Positions 7,432 to 17,080 of a DNA stretch of 64,000 nucleotides are shown piece by piece. Each line of letters starts with the position of its first letter. Positions within the stretch are counted from its first letter, which is position 1. A program made the translations under genes and the position numbers. The stretch is taken from IMG/VR virus record IMGVR_UViG_3300022885_000008; one strand, written 5' to 3'. The notes under the pieces are model-generated. The model had not been told where the DNA came from. It did not search any database and saw only the letters and a list, made by a program, of their open reading frames with translations. The DNA comes from an uncultured virus (IMG/VR IMGVR_UViG_3300022885_000008). Lineage: Duplodnaviria > Heunggongvirae > Uroviricota > Caudoviricetes.

Positions 7432-7470
7432 AACAATACTAAGATACGCAATTTTCTAACAACTACCAAA
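7432..7470 (-). promoter_or_regulatory. Bacteroidota-type promoter
   Basis: TTTG-N20-TATCTTAG. Confidence 0.75.
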
Positions 7471-7562
7471 TTTTTAATGTTAAGAAACTGTTAAATGTTT
7501 TCATAACCTTTACCGTTCATATTGTAACATATAAGTATATGTAATTTTATAAAACGGGATTG

Positions 7563-7650
7563 GGTGCATAACGAGAATTGAACTCGCGTAATACTTTCGT
7601 ATCCCTGATTCACAGTCAGGTCCGGCTAACCAACATCCGGCTTACACACC
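7563..7650 (-). tRNA. tRNA-His(GTG) with long variable arm
   Basis: CCTGA-CTGTGAA-TCAGG, G-1/C73, extra GATAC-GAAA-GTATT hairpin. Confidence 0.88.
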
Positions 7651-7661
7651 ATATATAAATA

Positions 7662-8099
7662 TTATTTATTTAATAATAAATCTAATTCTTTCATATTTTT
7701 CTTAAGCAACTTATTTAGCCTATCAGATTCCTTTTTAAGCTTTCTGCTTGCTATGTCAATTCGTTTAAGTTCTGCCTGCTTTATTTCGGTCATGTTATTT
7801 TCAAGCCAAGTGTTATATTCAAGTAATTTGGATAAATACTTTAGTCGATCAGATTCATATACTTTTTCCCTTGCAGCGAAATGTTCATCAGGTTCATCGC
7901 CAAGCCAAGCCAATTTCATAATGAAATCACCAAAGCGGTCGGGCACGGCATCGATATATGCGAGATTAGGAACTACGTTATATTCTTTACATTTATCTAT
8001 CAATTCCTGTACAGTACAGTCATATAGGTCAAATGTCATTGATACCTGAGTCCGACGTACAGGCGCAATAGGTTCAATTGGCTTCTTTTTCATTCTCAT
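7662..8099 (-). CDS. hypothetical protein with coiled-coil C-terminus
   Basis: 145-aa ORF. Confidence 0.7.
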   Translation of the reverse strand: MRMKKKPIEPIAPVRRTQVSMTFDLYDCTVQELIDKCKEYNVVPNLAYIDAVPDRFGDFIMKLAWLGDEPDEHFAAREKVYESDRLKYLSKLLEYNTWLENNMTEIKQAELKRIDIASRKLKKESDRLNKLLKKNMKELDLLLNK

Positions 8100-8113
8100 A
8101 ATAACTGTTTGTG

Positions 8114-8187
8114 CACACCCAGAAGGATTCGAACCCTCGTCCCCGGGTTTGGAAGCCGGTATCCTGGACCAACTAGACGATAGATGT
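8114..8187 (-). tRNA. tRNA-Trp(CCA)
   Basis: Loop TTCCAAA, G73, 31-39 mismatch. Confidence 0.8.
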
Positions 8188-8225
8188 GTATTATTTATTA
8201 ATGTTTATATAAGTATAAGTTTATT

Positions 8226-8336
8226 TTGTGTCCAATTACCAGATATAAATACTGATATTGCTGAAACTTGAGTGTCTTTCTGTAGTACCATTATCTAATG
8301 TACCATCGAAGTCAAATGATACCCTTTGTTCGTCAT
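8226..8336 (-). pseudogene. HAD-family remnant
   Basis: VSFDFDGTLD motif out of frame with the upstream ATG, with an early stop. Confidence 0.4.
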
Positions 8337-8412
8337 TAGAAACAAGATACGTAATAATGTTCGTATTTACAAACTTTTCTGAAACTTTAACATATTTTTA
8401 TAATTATAATTG

Positions 8413-8485
8413 AGGCCCGGGCTGGATTCGAACCAGCGTAAATGGATTTGCAGTCCATCACCTATAGCCACTCGGACACCGAGCC
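8413..8485 (-). tRNA. tRNA-Cys(GCA)
   Basis: ATGGA-CTGCAAA-TCCAT, U73. Confidence 0.95.
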
Positions 8486-8520
8486 TTGTTGTATATAACT
8501 ATACAGTATAAAAGTTATTT

Positions 8521-8916
8521 TTATAGTAATCTTGCGAATCGTTTTGGAAGGTATACGTTATTCAGTTCTTTTGCACCTTCGAACAATGGACCTACTTGTT
8601 TGGGCCTTAACCCGGCTAAACCACACCCTATTTCAGTTACAAGGAACGTGAGGTCCGGTCTAGAGCGCGCGAATTCTACAAAGCGGTCTACGTATGGTTT
8701 CATCTGATCTAACGTTAGGGTACGTCTGATGGCCGAATCTTTGCTAGGTATGCCGTATGTCCTACCTTGCAGGCCTTCTGCCTGGCCGTACACAGCGCCC
8801 CATGTGAGCGCTTGGCGCGCGGCGCCTTTACCATGCCGGCCACCTTCGTTAGAGCCAAATACGAATACCTGATTTTCAGCTAGCGTTGTTATATTTTCTG
8901 GTGTATGTTTCATCAC
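8521..8916 (-). CDS. A1S_2505-family phage protein
   Basis: VFVFGSN.GGRHGKGAA and FLVTEIGCGLAG motifs. Confidence 0.8.
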   Translation of the reverse strand: MMKHTPENITTLAENQVFVFGSNEGGRHGKGAARQALTWGAVYGQAEGLQGRTYGIPSKDSAIRRTLTLDQMKPYVDRFVEFARSRPDLTFLVTEIGCGLAGLRPKQVGPLFEGAKELNNVYLPKRFARLL

Positions 8917-8934
8917 GTTAAATATGTAATTGGA

Positions 8935-9081
8935 TTAGCGCCGGCTTCTACGATTCCAAGTTTTCTGTTCGAGTAGAGTTCTGTCAAGTTTTTCTGTTAG
9001 TTCATGAATTAACCTTTCTAGTTCTTCAACTCTACTTTCTAGGACTTCGATTTTGTCAATAAGTTTCAGTTCAGCATCCAT
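8935..9081 (-). CDS. small coiled-coil protein (48 aa)
   Basis: Hand-translated MDAELKLIDKIEVLESRVEELE... Confidence 0.55.
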   Translation of the reverse strand: MDAELKLIDKIEVLESRVEELERLIHELTEKLDRTLLEQKTWNRRSRR

Positions 9082-9094
9082 TGTCTATTAGTTT

Positions 9095-9688
9095 TTATGG
9101 TATGTATAGATTGGTAAAGTTATCTTTATGTACTTCAACTTCAGGATAAAGTAAGCTAAATGCTTGTAAATTAAACGGTTTAGTTACATAATGATATCCA
9201 TTTTTCGATGGAATAATATCAATTAATTTATTACCTACTGGTAATATTGATTTAAGTTGTATCGGTAGGTTCATATTATACTTATCGTTATCAAATTCAT
9301 CAATATCAATAATCCATTTTTTACGTTCCTTTGGAGTACTGGCCCTTCCAACCGTACTGGTATATATTCTATGTGAGTAATCGGTTTGGTTTGACTTTAT
9401 TACCTTGAGCATAGCTTCCACAGAATTAAAAGCTACGTCATATGAGTTACGTACATTAATCCAGAAAGCTGCCCTGGCAGAAAACATCTCACATAACTTA
9501 ATAATTTCGGGTATAGTTTTATCATATTGCTCTACGCTGTAGATAAAATAATTCTTAACTATATACGAATTACGACCCAGGTCGGGATTTTCTTTTTTAC
9601 GTTGGATGACTTGTAGGTAATAGAAATCACCTGGGTCTGTAAACGTTAAAAAGTTATCCCTAATTTTGGTTATATTATCAGTCATCAC
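9095..9688 (-). CDS. hypothetical protein, AEP/primase-polymerase-like motifs
   Basis: WIIDID and SKNGYHY motifs. Confidence 0.5.
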   Translation of the reverse strand: MMTDNITKIRDNFLTFTDPGDFYYLQVIQRKKENPDLGRNSYIVKNYFIYSVEQYDKTIPEIIKLCEMFSARAAFWINVRNSYDVAFNSVEAMLKVIKSNQTDYSHRIYTSTVGRASTPKERKKWIIDIDEFDNDKYNMNLPIQLKSILPVGNKLIDIIPSKNGYHYVTKPFNLQAFSLLYPEVEVHKDNFTNLYIP

Positions 9689-10925
9689 CTAACAACTTAA
9701 AAATGTCATCAGTGCCGTTTATCTGTACATATCTTTGTACAACTTGCTTAACAAACGAACGTTCAGAATCATTTCCACCAGACGAATCATAATGAGGAAA
9801 TACACATACTTCACAAGATTCTTCCAATGTAAACCCATCTTCAATGAGCGATGTAAGTTCCACCGAATTCCGCGTACTAATGGGATGGTCAATTTTACCA
9901 TTTTCATTAGCTGCTTCCACCCGCGTGAGCGACACAATTTCACAAATAGCGTCAATCATTTCCGGTGCAACATCTGGGTATAATTTAGACAACAAACTGT
10001 TTTCCTGGTCATTGTCCAGTAGGTCCATTTCAATAATAGTAAATCGGTCAATTAGCGCCTTATCCATTTGACGTGTGCTGGTGTATTCATGTCCGATATT
10101 AGCCGTAGCGATGAAACAAACACCATCAGCTACCTTTACAGTAGGAGAGTCTGCATGTTCATCAATCCGTAAGTACCGCTGAGTTTCATCCAATACGGTC
10201 ATCAGAATATTTCCTGCTTCGGGATGAGCCCGGCTAAGTTCATCCAACAGAATCACCGCGTTTTCAGTCTGAATAGCCTGGATGAACAATGATTCAGCGA
10301 AAAAAGTTCCTTCATCTTTTGCGAAGTGAGTGTTTCCGATAAGTGTGGACCGAGGGTCCTGAGTTGCCCCAAGATTAAAGTAAAAGTTAGGACGTTCAAA
10401 TGCTTCGAATGCACTTCGGGCGGCCATTGTTTTACCACAACCAGCGGGCCCTGTCATCAGTACATTCTTACCACGTAGAATACTACGAACAAGATACTTC
10501 CATTTAATTTCACTGATTTTCAGCAATTCTGGCTTACGGTCCAATGAATCAACGTGTACGGCCTGGATGAAATCCATTTTTGCCATACTAATAGTTGAAG
10601 ATGGAACAGCCTTCGGCTTTGCCGATGTGCCTTCACCGGGTTGTGACGGCCGGACGGTGCCTGATGAACCTTTATACCGACACTTAGGCGGAATAGCTTT
10701 ATTTCCTACATAATCCATAGGTAGCTTCATACGATCCAAGCACAACTTTTGATTCCCAGCGGGTAGGTGTGTTTTAGTTAACCGAGCATTAATGCCACTG
10801 ACGAAACACTCACTAGCGTAGGTATCAGCATCAATGGATTGGTCCAGACACGAAGTATCTAAGATATTTCCATCACAGTCAACAAATTTAAGCGGCCCTT
10901 CTTCCGGCACTTTTAGAATAATCAT
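9678..10925 (-). CDS. MoxR/CbbQ-type AAA+ ATPase
   Basis: GPAGCGKT Walker A, ILLDELSR Walker B, ATAN, ALIDRF. Confidence 0.9.
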   Translation of the reverse strand: MIILKVPEEGPLKFVDCDGNILDTSCLDQSIDADTYASECFVSGINARLTKTHLPAGNQKLCLDRMKLPMDYVGNKAIPPKCRYKGSSGTVRPSQPGEGTSAKPKAVPSSTISMAKMDFIQAVHVDSLDRKPELLKISEIKWKYLVRSILRGKNVLMTGPAGCGKTMAARSAFEAFERPNFYFNLGATQDPRSTLIGNTHFAKDEGTFFAESLFIQAIQTENAVILLDELSRAHPEAGNILMTVLDETQRYLRIDEHADSPTVKVADGVCFIATANIGHEYTSTRQMDKALIDRFTIIEMDLLDNDQENSLLSKLYPDVAPEMIDAICEIVSLTRVEAANENGKIDHPISTRNSVELTSLIEDGFTLEESCEVCVFPHYDSSGGNDSERSFVKQVVQRYVQINGTDDIFKLLGDD

Positions 10926-10999
10926 GGGTATGAATGTAGGTACGAATTGTGTTACGTACTAAATTACAAATTATTAGGTAGAATACCTAATGTGAAGTG

Positions 11000-11233
11000 T
11001 TAAGAAATTGTTAATTCCGGTGTAAATTTGGACACTTGATATCCATAGGCCCAGTGGCCGTCATCAAAAAAGGCGACGAAATACCCAACTGGAAGCGTCT
11101 CAGACGCTTTGTCACCGTCTTCGTCCTTTTCATGGTCTGATACGTAGAGGTCAATGATTACCGCTTGTGTAGGGTCATCTAAGCCCCAACATCCCTGATA
11201 ACTAACTGTTTCACCTACCTTGTAAATAACCAT
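11000..11233 (-). CDS. hypothetical protein
   Basis: Start reset to MVIYK, downstream of the promoter motif. Confidence 0.65.
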   Translation of the reverse strand: MVIYKVGETVSYQGCWGLDDPTQAVIIDLYVSDHEKDEDGDKASETLPVGYFVAFFDDGHWAYGYQVSKFTPELTIS

Positions 11234-11246
11234 AAGTCCCTTTGTT

Positions 11247-11284
11247 ACAGTACTAAGATACAACATTCACCTGACTCAATCAAG
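11247..11284 (-). promoter_or_regulatory. Bacteroidota-type promoter (CTTG-N20-TATCTTAG)
   Basis: Repeated motif copy. Confidence 0.7.
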
Positions 11285-11325
11285 CGCTCATTGAAACTTT
11301 AACAAATCTTTTTGCTACATATATG

Positions 11326-12093
11326 TTAATTATTATCGGTGTCTTTTATGAAGTCTTCTATTTCTCCTTTACTGATATTAAAATCATTGATATGATTATT
11401 ATCCATTTGTATTTCTTCTTCTATAATGTTAGCGCTTGGATATGTACCTAACGAATCAAGGTTGACCGGATTCCCATCAATGTCCACTTCAACATTTTCT
11501 ATCATGTCTTTTTGACGCATGGCATCGGGAGCTTTAGTATGGTGTGGCTTATTATAATACCATTTCCTACGTCCCCAGGGATTACCTACGGTAACAAAAT
11601 AACAATTGTAACATAATATTTCTAAATTTTCAAGAGTGAAATCTTCCTTATCACCATTTTTATGCGACACTACAAGCGGATATTCACCGTCTGTTATTCT
11701 TGATTCACCGTATCCACAACAATCACATTCCTTAGCCTTTAGATTGGCTCTCCATAGTCTGTGCTTGAGTTTATGTAGCGGGTACTTAGGTACTTTGTTA
11801 TCCAAAATATCCTGTAAGGCCTTCATGGATGAACCTTTACCGCCCTTAGAACGCCGACCACGGGCTGTAGGCCTACCAATACCGATGCCCGTTGGGTTCA
11901 ATTGAATATCAAATAACGTTTTTTTTGTTCCCGCGTCAATATACTGTATTGCCCATTTTCTATATGTGTTATAACTAACCTTGAGCCATAGGGCAGCAGC
12001 CTTATTACTTTTCGTATGCTTCATAGCATCTCGGATTTCCGACTCAAGTATAATTATTGGCTTTCGGCCGCCGCGGCCATCTTTTCTAGGCAT
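11326..12093 (-). CDS. HTH plus HNH-like domain protein
   Basis: N-terminal HTH-like segment; CDCC...H.NGD...NLEILCYNC. Confidence 0.7.
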   Translation of the reverse strand: MPRKDGRGGRKPIIILESEIRDAMKHTKSNKAAALWLKVSYNTYRKWAIQYIDAGTKKTLFDIQLNPTGIGIGRPTARGRRSKGGKGSSMKALQDILDNKVPKYPLHKLKHRLWRANLKAKECDCCGYGESRITDGEYPLVVSHKNGDKEDFTLENLEILCYNCYFVTVGNPWGRRKWYYNKPHHTKAPDAMRQKDMIENVEVDIDGNPVNLDSLGTYPSANIIEEEIQMDNNHINDFNISKGEIEDFIKDTDNN

Positions 12094-12094
12094 A

Positions 12095-12415
12095 TTAACT
12101 CCAGCTTATATAGTACATATACCCATCAATAATATAACTTGATACTTTGTTAGAATATGAACCTATAGTATTTATCGCAAGCGGATCCAATGGATATTTA
12201 AATCGGGTGATTTTAATATCAGATGAATATGGATAGCGGTCTTGGAATGCTACCGGACCTCCATCGTATACATCGCGCGTAGTTTCAATAAACAGTGACC
12301 TAAGATATACTTTATCTTGCCAATGTACGTCTGTACCATAATCAAATCCTCTGGTTATAGAAGATAGGGCTTTATCAGACATTATATCTGATTTACTACT
12401 GTGTTTAATATTCAT
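12095..12415 (-). CDS. hypothetical protein
   Basis: 106-aa ORF. Confidence 0.6.
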   Translation of the reverse strand: MNIKHSSKSDIMSDKALSSITRGFDYGTDVHWQDKVYLRSLFIETTRDVYDGGPVAFQDRYPYSSDIKITRFKYPLDPLAINTIGSYSNKVSSYIIDGYMYYISWS

Positions 12416-12417
12416 AA

Positions 12418-12714
12418 TTAATTAATATATTTAAAATCATTATCACTAAATTGTATTCCTTTTGGTTTGGATATACCACGTATCGATCTGTTGATATTTT
12501 TATCCCAAACAAATTTGGTAATATATACGTTTCTCCATGCCTGTAATACGGTCTTTGCTGAGGTTAATTCCGGGCCGTATCCAGGTGAAACTAAATTCCG
12601 TCCCATTTGATGAACCATAAATTTCCCATTTTTACAATATGTCTTTGAGTCCGGATACTTTTTTTCAATTTCATATCGCATGAAATTATAATCCGATAAT
12701 ATGTTTTCAATCAT
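12418..12714 (-). CDS. hypothetical protein
   Basis: Start reset to MIENIL to avoid overlap with the upstream gene. Confidence 0.6.
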   Translation of the reverse strand: MIENILSDYNFMRYEIEKKYPDSKTYCKNGKFMVHQMGRNLVSPGYGPELTSAKTVLQAWRNVYITKFVWDKNINRSIRGISKPKGIQFSDNDFKYIN

Positions 12715-12724
12715 AATATTTAAT

Positions 12725-14803
12725 TTACTTATTAATAAACAGTTTGTTAATTGATTTCGAAAGAGGGAGCAGTTCAGCCACCGATATGTCCTGCGAATCT
12801 TTTTCACCGTACATACGTTGGAATGTGGATAGATGATCGTTATGTACGTCATCATTGATAAAATAACTGAGTATTTTAATCCCACGGGCTTTCATTTTAT
12901 TTATTTCGTTACGAGTATATGCCTGGGCATACGCGCCAAGGAAGCTGCAGTACCCTCTTGCTGCAGCGGAAGTATATCGGCCGAAAGGCATTCCATCTGA
13001 AAAGTTTATGAAGTAACTTTGCCGATTGTTATTTGAATCTAAGATTTGCGATTGAATTGCTTCGAAGCAAAGGCCTTCGGGTGTAGACTGTCCATTAGGA
13101 TTAATAAATTTAAATAGATTCTTAATTTTACTAATCTTATCTTTATCGGAGTCATATGCTATTAATACAATCGGGTTAACAATATTGGTGTTTTTTGGGT
13201 TACATACCGATCGATAACTGATAACCACCCGAATATTATTAGACATTGAACAAGCTTTGGCGATAGCGGCAACTGCCGTTTGTGTATTGAGCCACTTAAT
13301 ACCGTACATTGATGCCGATGCATCGACTGTAAGATGAACAAATGCGTCTGAATATTTGCTGGCGCGATTTACTTCAAATACAATATCTGACCCATATCCA
13401 AGCGCGGATATCATTCGTTTGTCAATTCGCCCCTGTCGTTGTCGATTATACTTGGTATGAGTTTCATAATTACGAATCATTAACTTCTTACCTAGTGCCT
13501 TTCCGAGCGACAATCCAATATCAATATGGGTTTGATTTCGCGTTTCTCTACTGCATGAAAGTCCCTGGCTATTATTAAAACTACGTAGATATACATCAGT
13601 TTTCATAATATTTGCGTCAAATACATTAAGTACAATACACTGTGTCAATCCGCCTTTTTCAAAACCGTACATAGTAGACGTATTTACATCTACCTTAGAA
13701 ACATCAGAATTAGCCAATTGATTAATTTCTGCAGCTTGCTTCTTACTTATTGAAGTTTTTTTTATATTATCATTAATAAAGGCTTTTTGTACTTTAATAG
13801 CTTTATCCAACTTCTTTTGTAGAGTAGCGGATAATTTACTACTTGGAACAGGAGTAGAAGTGTCATCTGGACTGTCTTCGCCTTCCGTACTAGAGTCATT
13901 TGAATCATTTGAATCATCAGAGTCATTTGAATCATTTGAATCATCAGAGTCATTTGAATCATTTGAATCATCAGAGTCATTTGAATCATCAGAGTCACCT
14001 GAATCATCAGAGTCACCTGAATCACCGGATGTATCTTTATCTGGCTCCTGACTTTTTTGAGATGGAACGTTTACTATTGAATCATTAATAACCTTATAAA
14101 CATCCTGAGCGACAATAAAGGCTTCTTCAGTTGACTTAAGCCTAGCGATGTTACTGATATCAATCATTTCCCATACTTGTCTAAGTAAAGGAAGCGTATC
14201 CAAATTACGATTTGGATTGGTAAAGTTAATAATGTGAAACATATAATCATCAAATGACGTGGGGTCATTCTTTTCTCCAAGCTTCAAAGCTTTGTCGATT
14301 ATAGTATTATTGAAATATCGACTATAAAGTGCTTCATAGTATCCGGTGTAACCTGGCGAATTGGAATAGATAAATTTGTCAATTCTACGATCTTCAATTA
14401 TATTCAACAACGTCTTAACCGTTGATTTATGAAAATAATCATGAAACATGATACTATGCGGAGAAAATACAGTTTGAATATATTTAAAATCAGTTAATAG
14501 AATGTGACTACCTTCATGAAGCGCCAGACCTACTACTGAATCAAATGTTTTTTGTGATATATTAGACCCGATTGTGATATTTTCACCATCGGTATAACTA
14601 TTATCATTCGTACCATATGAAACGCCGATATCAGTACGATTGGTTACAATCCGTACAAAGTTAGATATGGCACGTTGATAGGAGGCCAATACTACAGGGT
14701 CCGCGAACCGTGCCGAAGCCACAGCTGTGTTCACGGGCATTCCGTAGTTGTTGTTATCTGAAAGCCAGAATGATGAATGTAGGTCCATGTTTGGTAGTGT
14801 CAT
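12725..14803 (-). CDS. HExxH metallopeptidase-like plus acidic linker plus vWA domain protein (likely MoxR partner)
   Basis: LALHEGSH, NIIEDRRID; VDASASM MIDAS, TPEG, FSDG. Confidence 0.85.
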   Translation of the reverse strand: MTLPNMDLHSSFWLSDNNNYGMPVNTAVASARFADPVVLASYQRAISNFVRIVTNRTDIGVSYGTNDNSYTDGENITIGSNISQKTFDSVVGLALHEGSHILLTDFKYIQTVFSPHSIMFHDYFHKSTVKTLLNIIEDRRIDKFIYSNSPGYTGYYEALYSRYFNNTIIDKALKLGEKNDPTSFDDYMFHIINFTNPNRNLDTLPLLRQVWEMIDISNIARLKSTEEAFIVAQDVYKVINDSIVNVPSQKSQEPDKDTSGDSGDSDDSGDSDDSNDSDDSNDSNDSDDSNDSNDSDDSNDSNDSSTEGEDSPDDTSTPVPSSKLSATLQKKLDKAIKVQKAFINDNIKKTSISKKQAAEINQLANSDVSKVDVNTSTMYGFEKGGLTQCIVLNVFDANIMKTDVYLRSFNNSQGLSCSRETRNQTHIDIGLSLGKALGKKLMIRNYETHTKYNRQRQGRIDKRMISALGYGSDIVFEVNRASKYSDAFVHLTVDASASMYGIKWLNTQTAVAAIAKACSMSNNIRVVISYRSVCNPKNTNIVNPIVLIAYDSDKDKISKIKNLFKFINPNGQSTPEGLCFEAIQSQILDSNNNRQSYFINFSDGMPFGRYTSAAARGYCSFLGAYAQAYTRNEINKMKARGIKILSYFINDDVHNDHLSTFQRMYGEKDSQDISVAELLPLSKSINKLFINK
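13892..14026 (-). repeat. 9-bp-unit in-frame tandem repeat encoding (D/N/G)DS tripeptides
   Basis: Reiterated GAATCATTT/GAATCATCA/GAGTCATTT units. Confidence 0.9.
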
Positions 14804-14807
14804 TGGT

Positions 14808-14846
14808 TACAGTACTAAGATACGCACTGGGACGGTAGCATCCAAA
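14808..14846 (-). promoter_or_regulatory. Bacteroidota-type promoter
   Basis: TTTG-N20-TATCTTAG immediately before the vWA gene ATG. Confidence 0.75.
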
Positions 14847-14970
14847 TAAATCTACGTTTGTTAACAATTATTTAACATTAGACGATGATATAGTGTCCTA
14901 AACATTGGACGTACAACGCCAATCATGCATTATAGTACAATATACGGACTATTGATGACTAATCCAAATA

Positions 14971-15165
14971 TTAATCAAAATACTTTTTTGCTAATTTAAT
15001 GGCCATTGGCTCATCGATTAGTCCTGCCTTATATAACTTTCTGTAATAGTTTGAATCTTCCGATGTATGGTCTTTGGCTATTTTTAATGCTAATTTAGCA
15101 TTATCTGTATGTTCCATTTCAACCGATGTACCAACTACCAGTTCACCACGATTTGGCTTACTCAT
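14971..15165 (-). CDS. DUF5661-like small protein
   Basis: G..VEMEHT...IAKDH..E...YY.KL motif. Confidence 0.65.
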   Translation of the reverse strand: MSKPNRGELVVGTSVEMEHTDNAKLALKIAKDHTSEDSNYYRKLYKAGLIDEPMAIKLAKKYFD

Positions 15166-17075
15166 ATATTAATCCTCTTATCCGGTGTGTTGAAATCTTT
15201 TTTCCTCATAACCGTTTTAGCAATAGCCCTATTACTTTTTTTCATAAACGGAATGTTTATGTTTGTCCTATCATCTGTAGTTACAACTTGTTTGTACTTA
15301 TTTAAGAAGGTAACAAACTCTTTTTTCTTTCTACTCAAGCGCTTAAAAAAGCCGATCAGTTCTGCACCGGATATATCTTTTTCATTCCTTGGGTCATTAA
15401 GTCTATCGAAAAAATGCTGACCTGTAAGTACAATATCAACCGGGTCCAATTGCTTGTCGGCAAATTTGTCGATTTTTTGTAAATCAGCCATAGGTATTTC
15501 AGTTAAGAATGATTCACCTAATCCACCTTTATCAAATTTATTAGAGAATTTCACCAGCTTACCAAATTCAGGGTCTTGAGCAAACTTCTTTTGTTTTTCT
15601 GGTCTCATCACACCGAAGTTCTGTACGCGCATATGATTCTTTACTATATAATATACAGTATCAACGTTGCCACCCAATTTAGTAATTACACTACTGTATT
15701 TTTTAACTAATTCAGCGGATACCTTTTCATGATTATAATGTGTGACTTTTCCTGTCTTGGCATGTATTCCACTTGTTTCATCTTTTCCGATATCATGAAA
15801 TATTGCAGCTAAAGCGTAATCTATATGCTCACCATCCTTTAGCGCGCGATTAACTACCATGATGGTATGTTTCAATACATTTCCTTCTGGATGATAGGTT
15901 GGATTTTGACCAATGTACTTTAAGTTAAAGATTCGTTTTTGTAGTGGTGATGGTAGTTTACTGTATAATGATTTAAAGTTATTGACAACTTCATTTATAG
16001 ATTCACTAAGAAACTTTTCAGTTTCCAGACGTTTCACTTCTTTTCCAATATCTTGCTTTTTAAATCCTCTATCCATTACATCTTGACCATTTACACTTAG
16101 CTTGAACTTGACAAACTTAGATAGGTCTTTATTTACCAACTTACCCCATTCGATTATTTCCGAATCAGATAAATCGGTATTGTCATGTAACCTCTTTAAA
16201 AGGTATATATTTTCTGGATTGAATTTATTTAACTTAATTAGGAAATCAACATCAAATGATTCTTTGTCAGTATACTTTAACTTCTTAAGGTACTTACCTA
16301 CATTTGGTACATCCAACAACAAAGTAGCAAGTTGTAGCTTGTAATTGTTGTTATTGATGAAACTAGTTGAATACTTTACATTCGGAAGTATTAGATGTAA
16401 TATCTTTAATGTATGGGCCAATTTCAAGTACCAAGTAGTTGATTTCGCACTTTTGATAGATTTCAGAAATTCGTCACGAATTCGTTCTGCTGATACACCA
16501 TCTAAGCCTGGGCTTGTTTTTAGTGCAAGTAATGCTGACTTTTCAATTTTGCCGCCAAGTCTTGCTGCAAACCTTAGTACCCGTAGCTTTCGGAGCGGGT
16601 CTTCATCAAATCGTTCTTGTGCTACACCTACGGTACGAATCTGCTTATTCTTTAAGTCTTTGATTCCACCTACCAGGTCGACTATCTTATCTGTTCCAAT
16701 ATCGTAAAAGAGAGCGTTGATAGTCAAGTCTCTACGTTTTACATCACCTTCGATATCGGTGAAATCAACTGAATCCGGGCGCCTACCCTTGCCTATATCT
16801 TTTCTGAATGTAGCTATCTCGTGGCCACCGATAATTACAACACCAAATGATTTACCAACTTCAACTACGCTATAACCAGCTTTCTTAGCCATAGCGATAA
16901 CTTCGTCGGGTTTAGCATCTGTTGCCAAATCCCAATCCTTCGGAGTCTTACCTAATACAGCATCACGGACAGCACCGCCAACTACATACAATTTCTTACC
17001 ATTCTTTTTGAAGATACTGTGTATTTGTCGTATGTCCTTGGGTACTACTAAATTCTTTACTTCTAAGAGTACCAT
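15162..17075 (-). CDS. cca: tRNA nucleotidyltransferase (CCA-adding/poly(A) polymerase family) fused to an HD domain and a C-terminal domain
   Basis: VGGAVRD, DWD, RRDLTINAL, EDPLRKLR; QNPTYHPEG..KHT, FHDIGK. Confidence 0.88.
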   Translation of the reverse strand: MVLLEVKNLVVPKDIRQIHSIFKKNGKKLYVVGGAVRDAVLGKTPKDWDLATDAKPDEVIAMAKKAGYSVVEVGKSFGVVIIGGHEIATFRKDIGKGRRPDSVDFTDIEGDVKRRDLTINALFYDIGTDKIVDLVGGIKDLKNKQIRTVGVAQERFDEDPLRKLRVLRFAARLGGKIEKSALLALKTSPGLDGVSAERIRDEFLKSIKSAKSTTWYLKLAHTLKILHLILPNVKYSTSFINNNNYKLQLATLLLDVPNVGKYLKKLKYTDKESFDVDFLIKLNKFNPENIYLLKRLHDNTDLSDSEIIEWGKLVNKDLSKFVKFKLSVNGQDVMDRGFKKQDIGKEVKRLETEKFLSESINEVVNNFKSLYSKLPSPLQKRIFNLKYIGQNPTYHPEGNVLKHTIMVVNRALKDGEHIDYALAAIFHDIGKDETSGIHAKTGKVTHYNHEKVSAELVKKYSSVITKLGGNVDTVYYIVKNHMRVQNFGVMRPEKQKKFAQDPEFGKLVKFSNKFDKGGLGESFLTEIPMADLQKIDKFADKQLDPVDIVLTGQHFFDRLNDPRNEKDISGAELIGFFKRLSRKKKEFVTFLNKYKQVVTTDDRTNINIPFMKKSNRAIAKTVMRKKDFNTPDKRINI

Positions 17076-17080
17076 AATTA

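Noticed and set aside
13762..14088. Repetitive ORFs (MIQMTL..., SFES..., NHLNHQ...)
   Set aside because: Alternative-frame readings of the 9-bp repeat inside the vWA gene
87..14824. Repeated AACA(A/G)TACTAAGATAC as CRISPR repeat or mobile-element end
   Set aside because: Copies are dispersed, intergenic and co-oriented with a fixed upstream TTTG, which fits promoters; there is no regular spacer array
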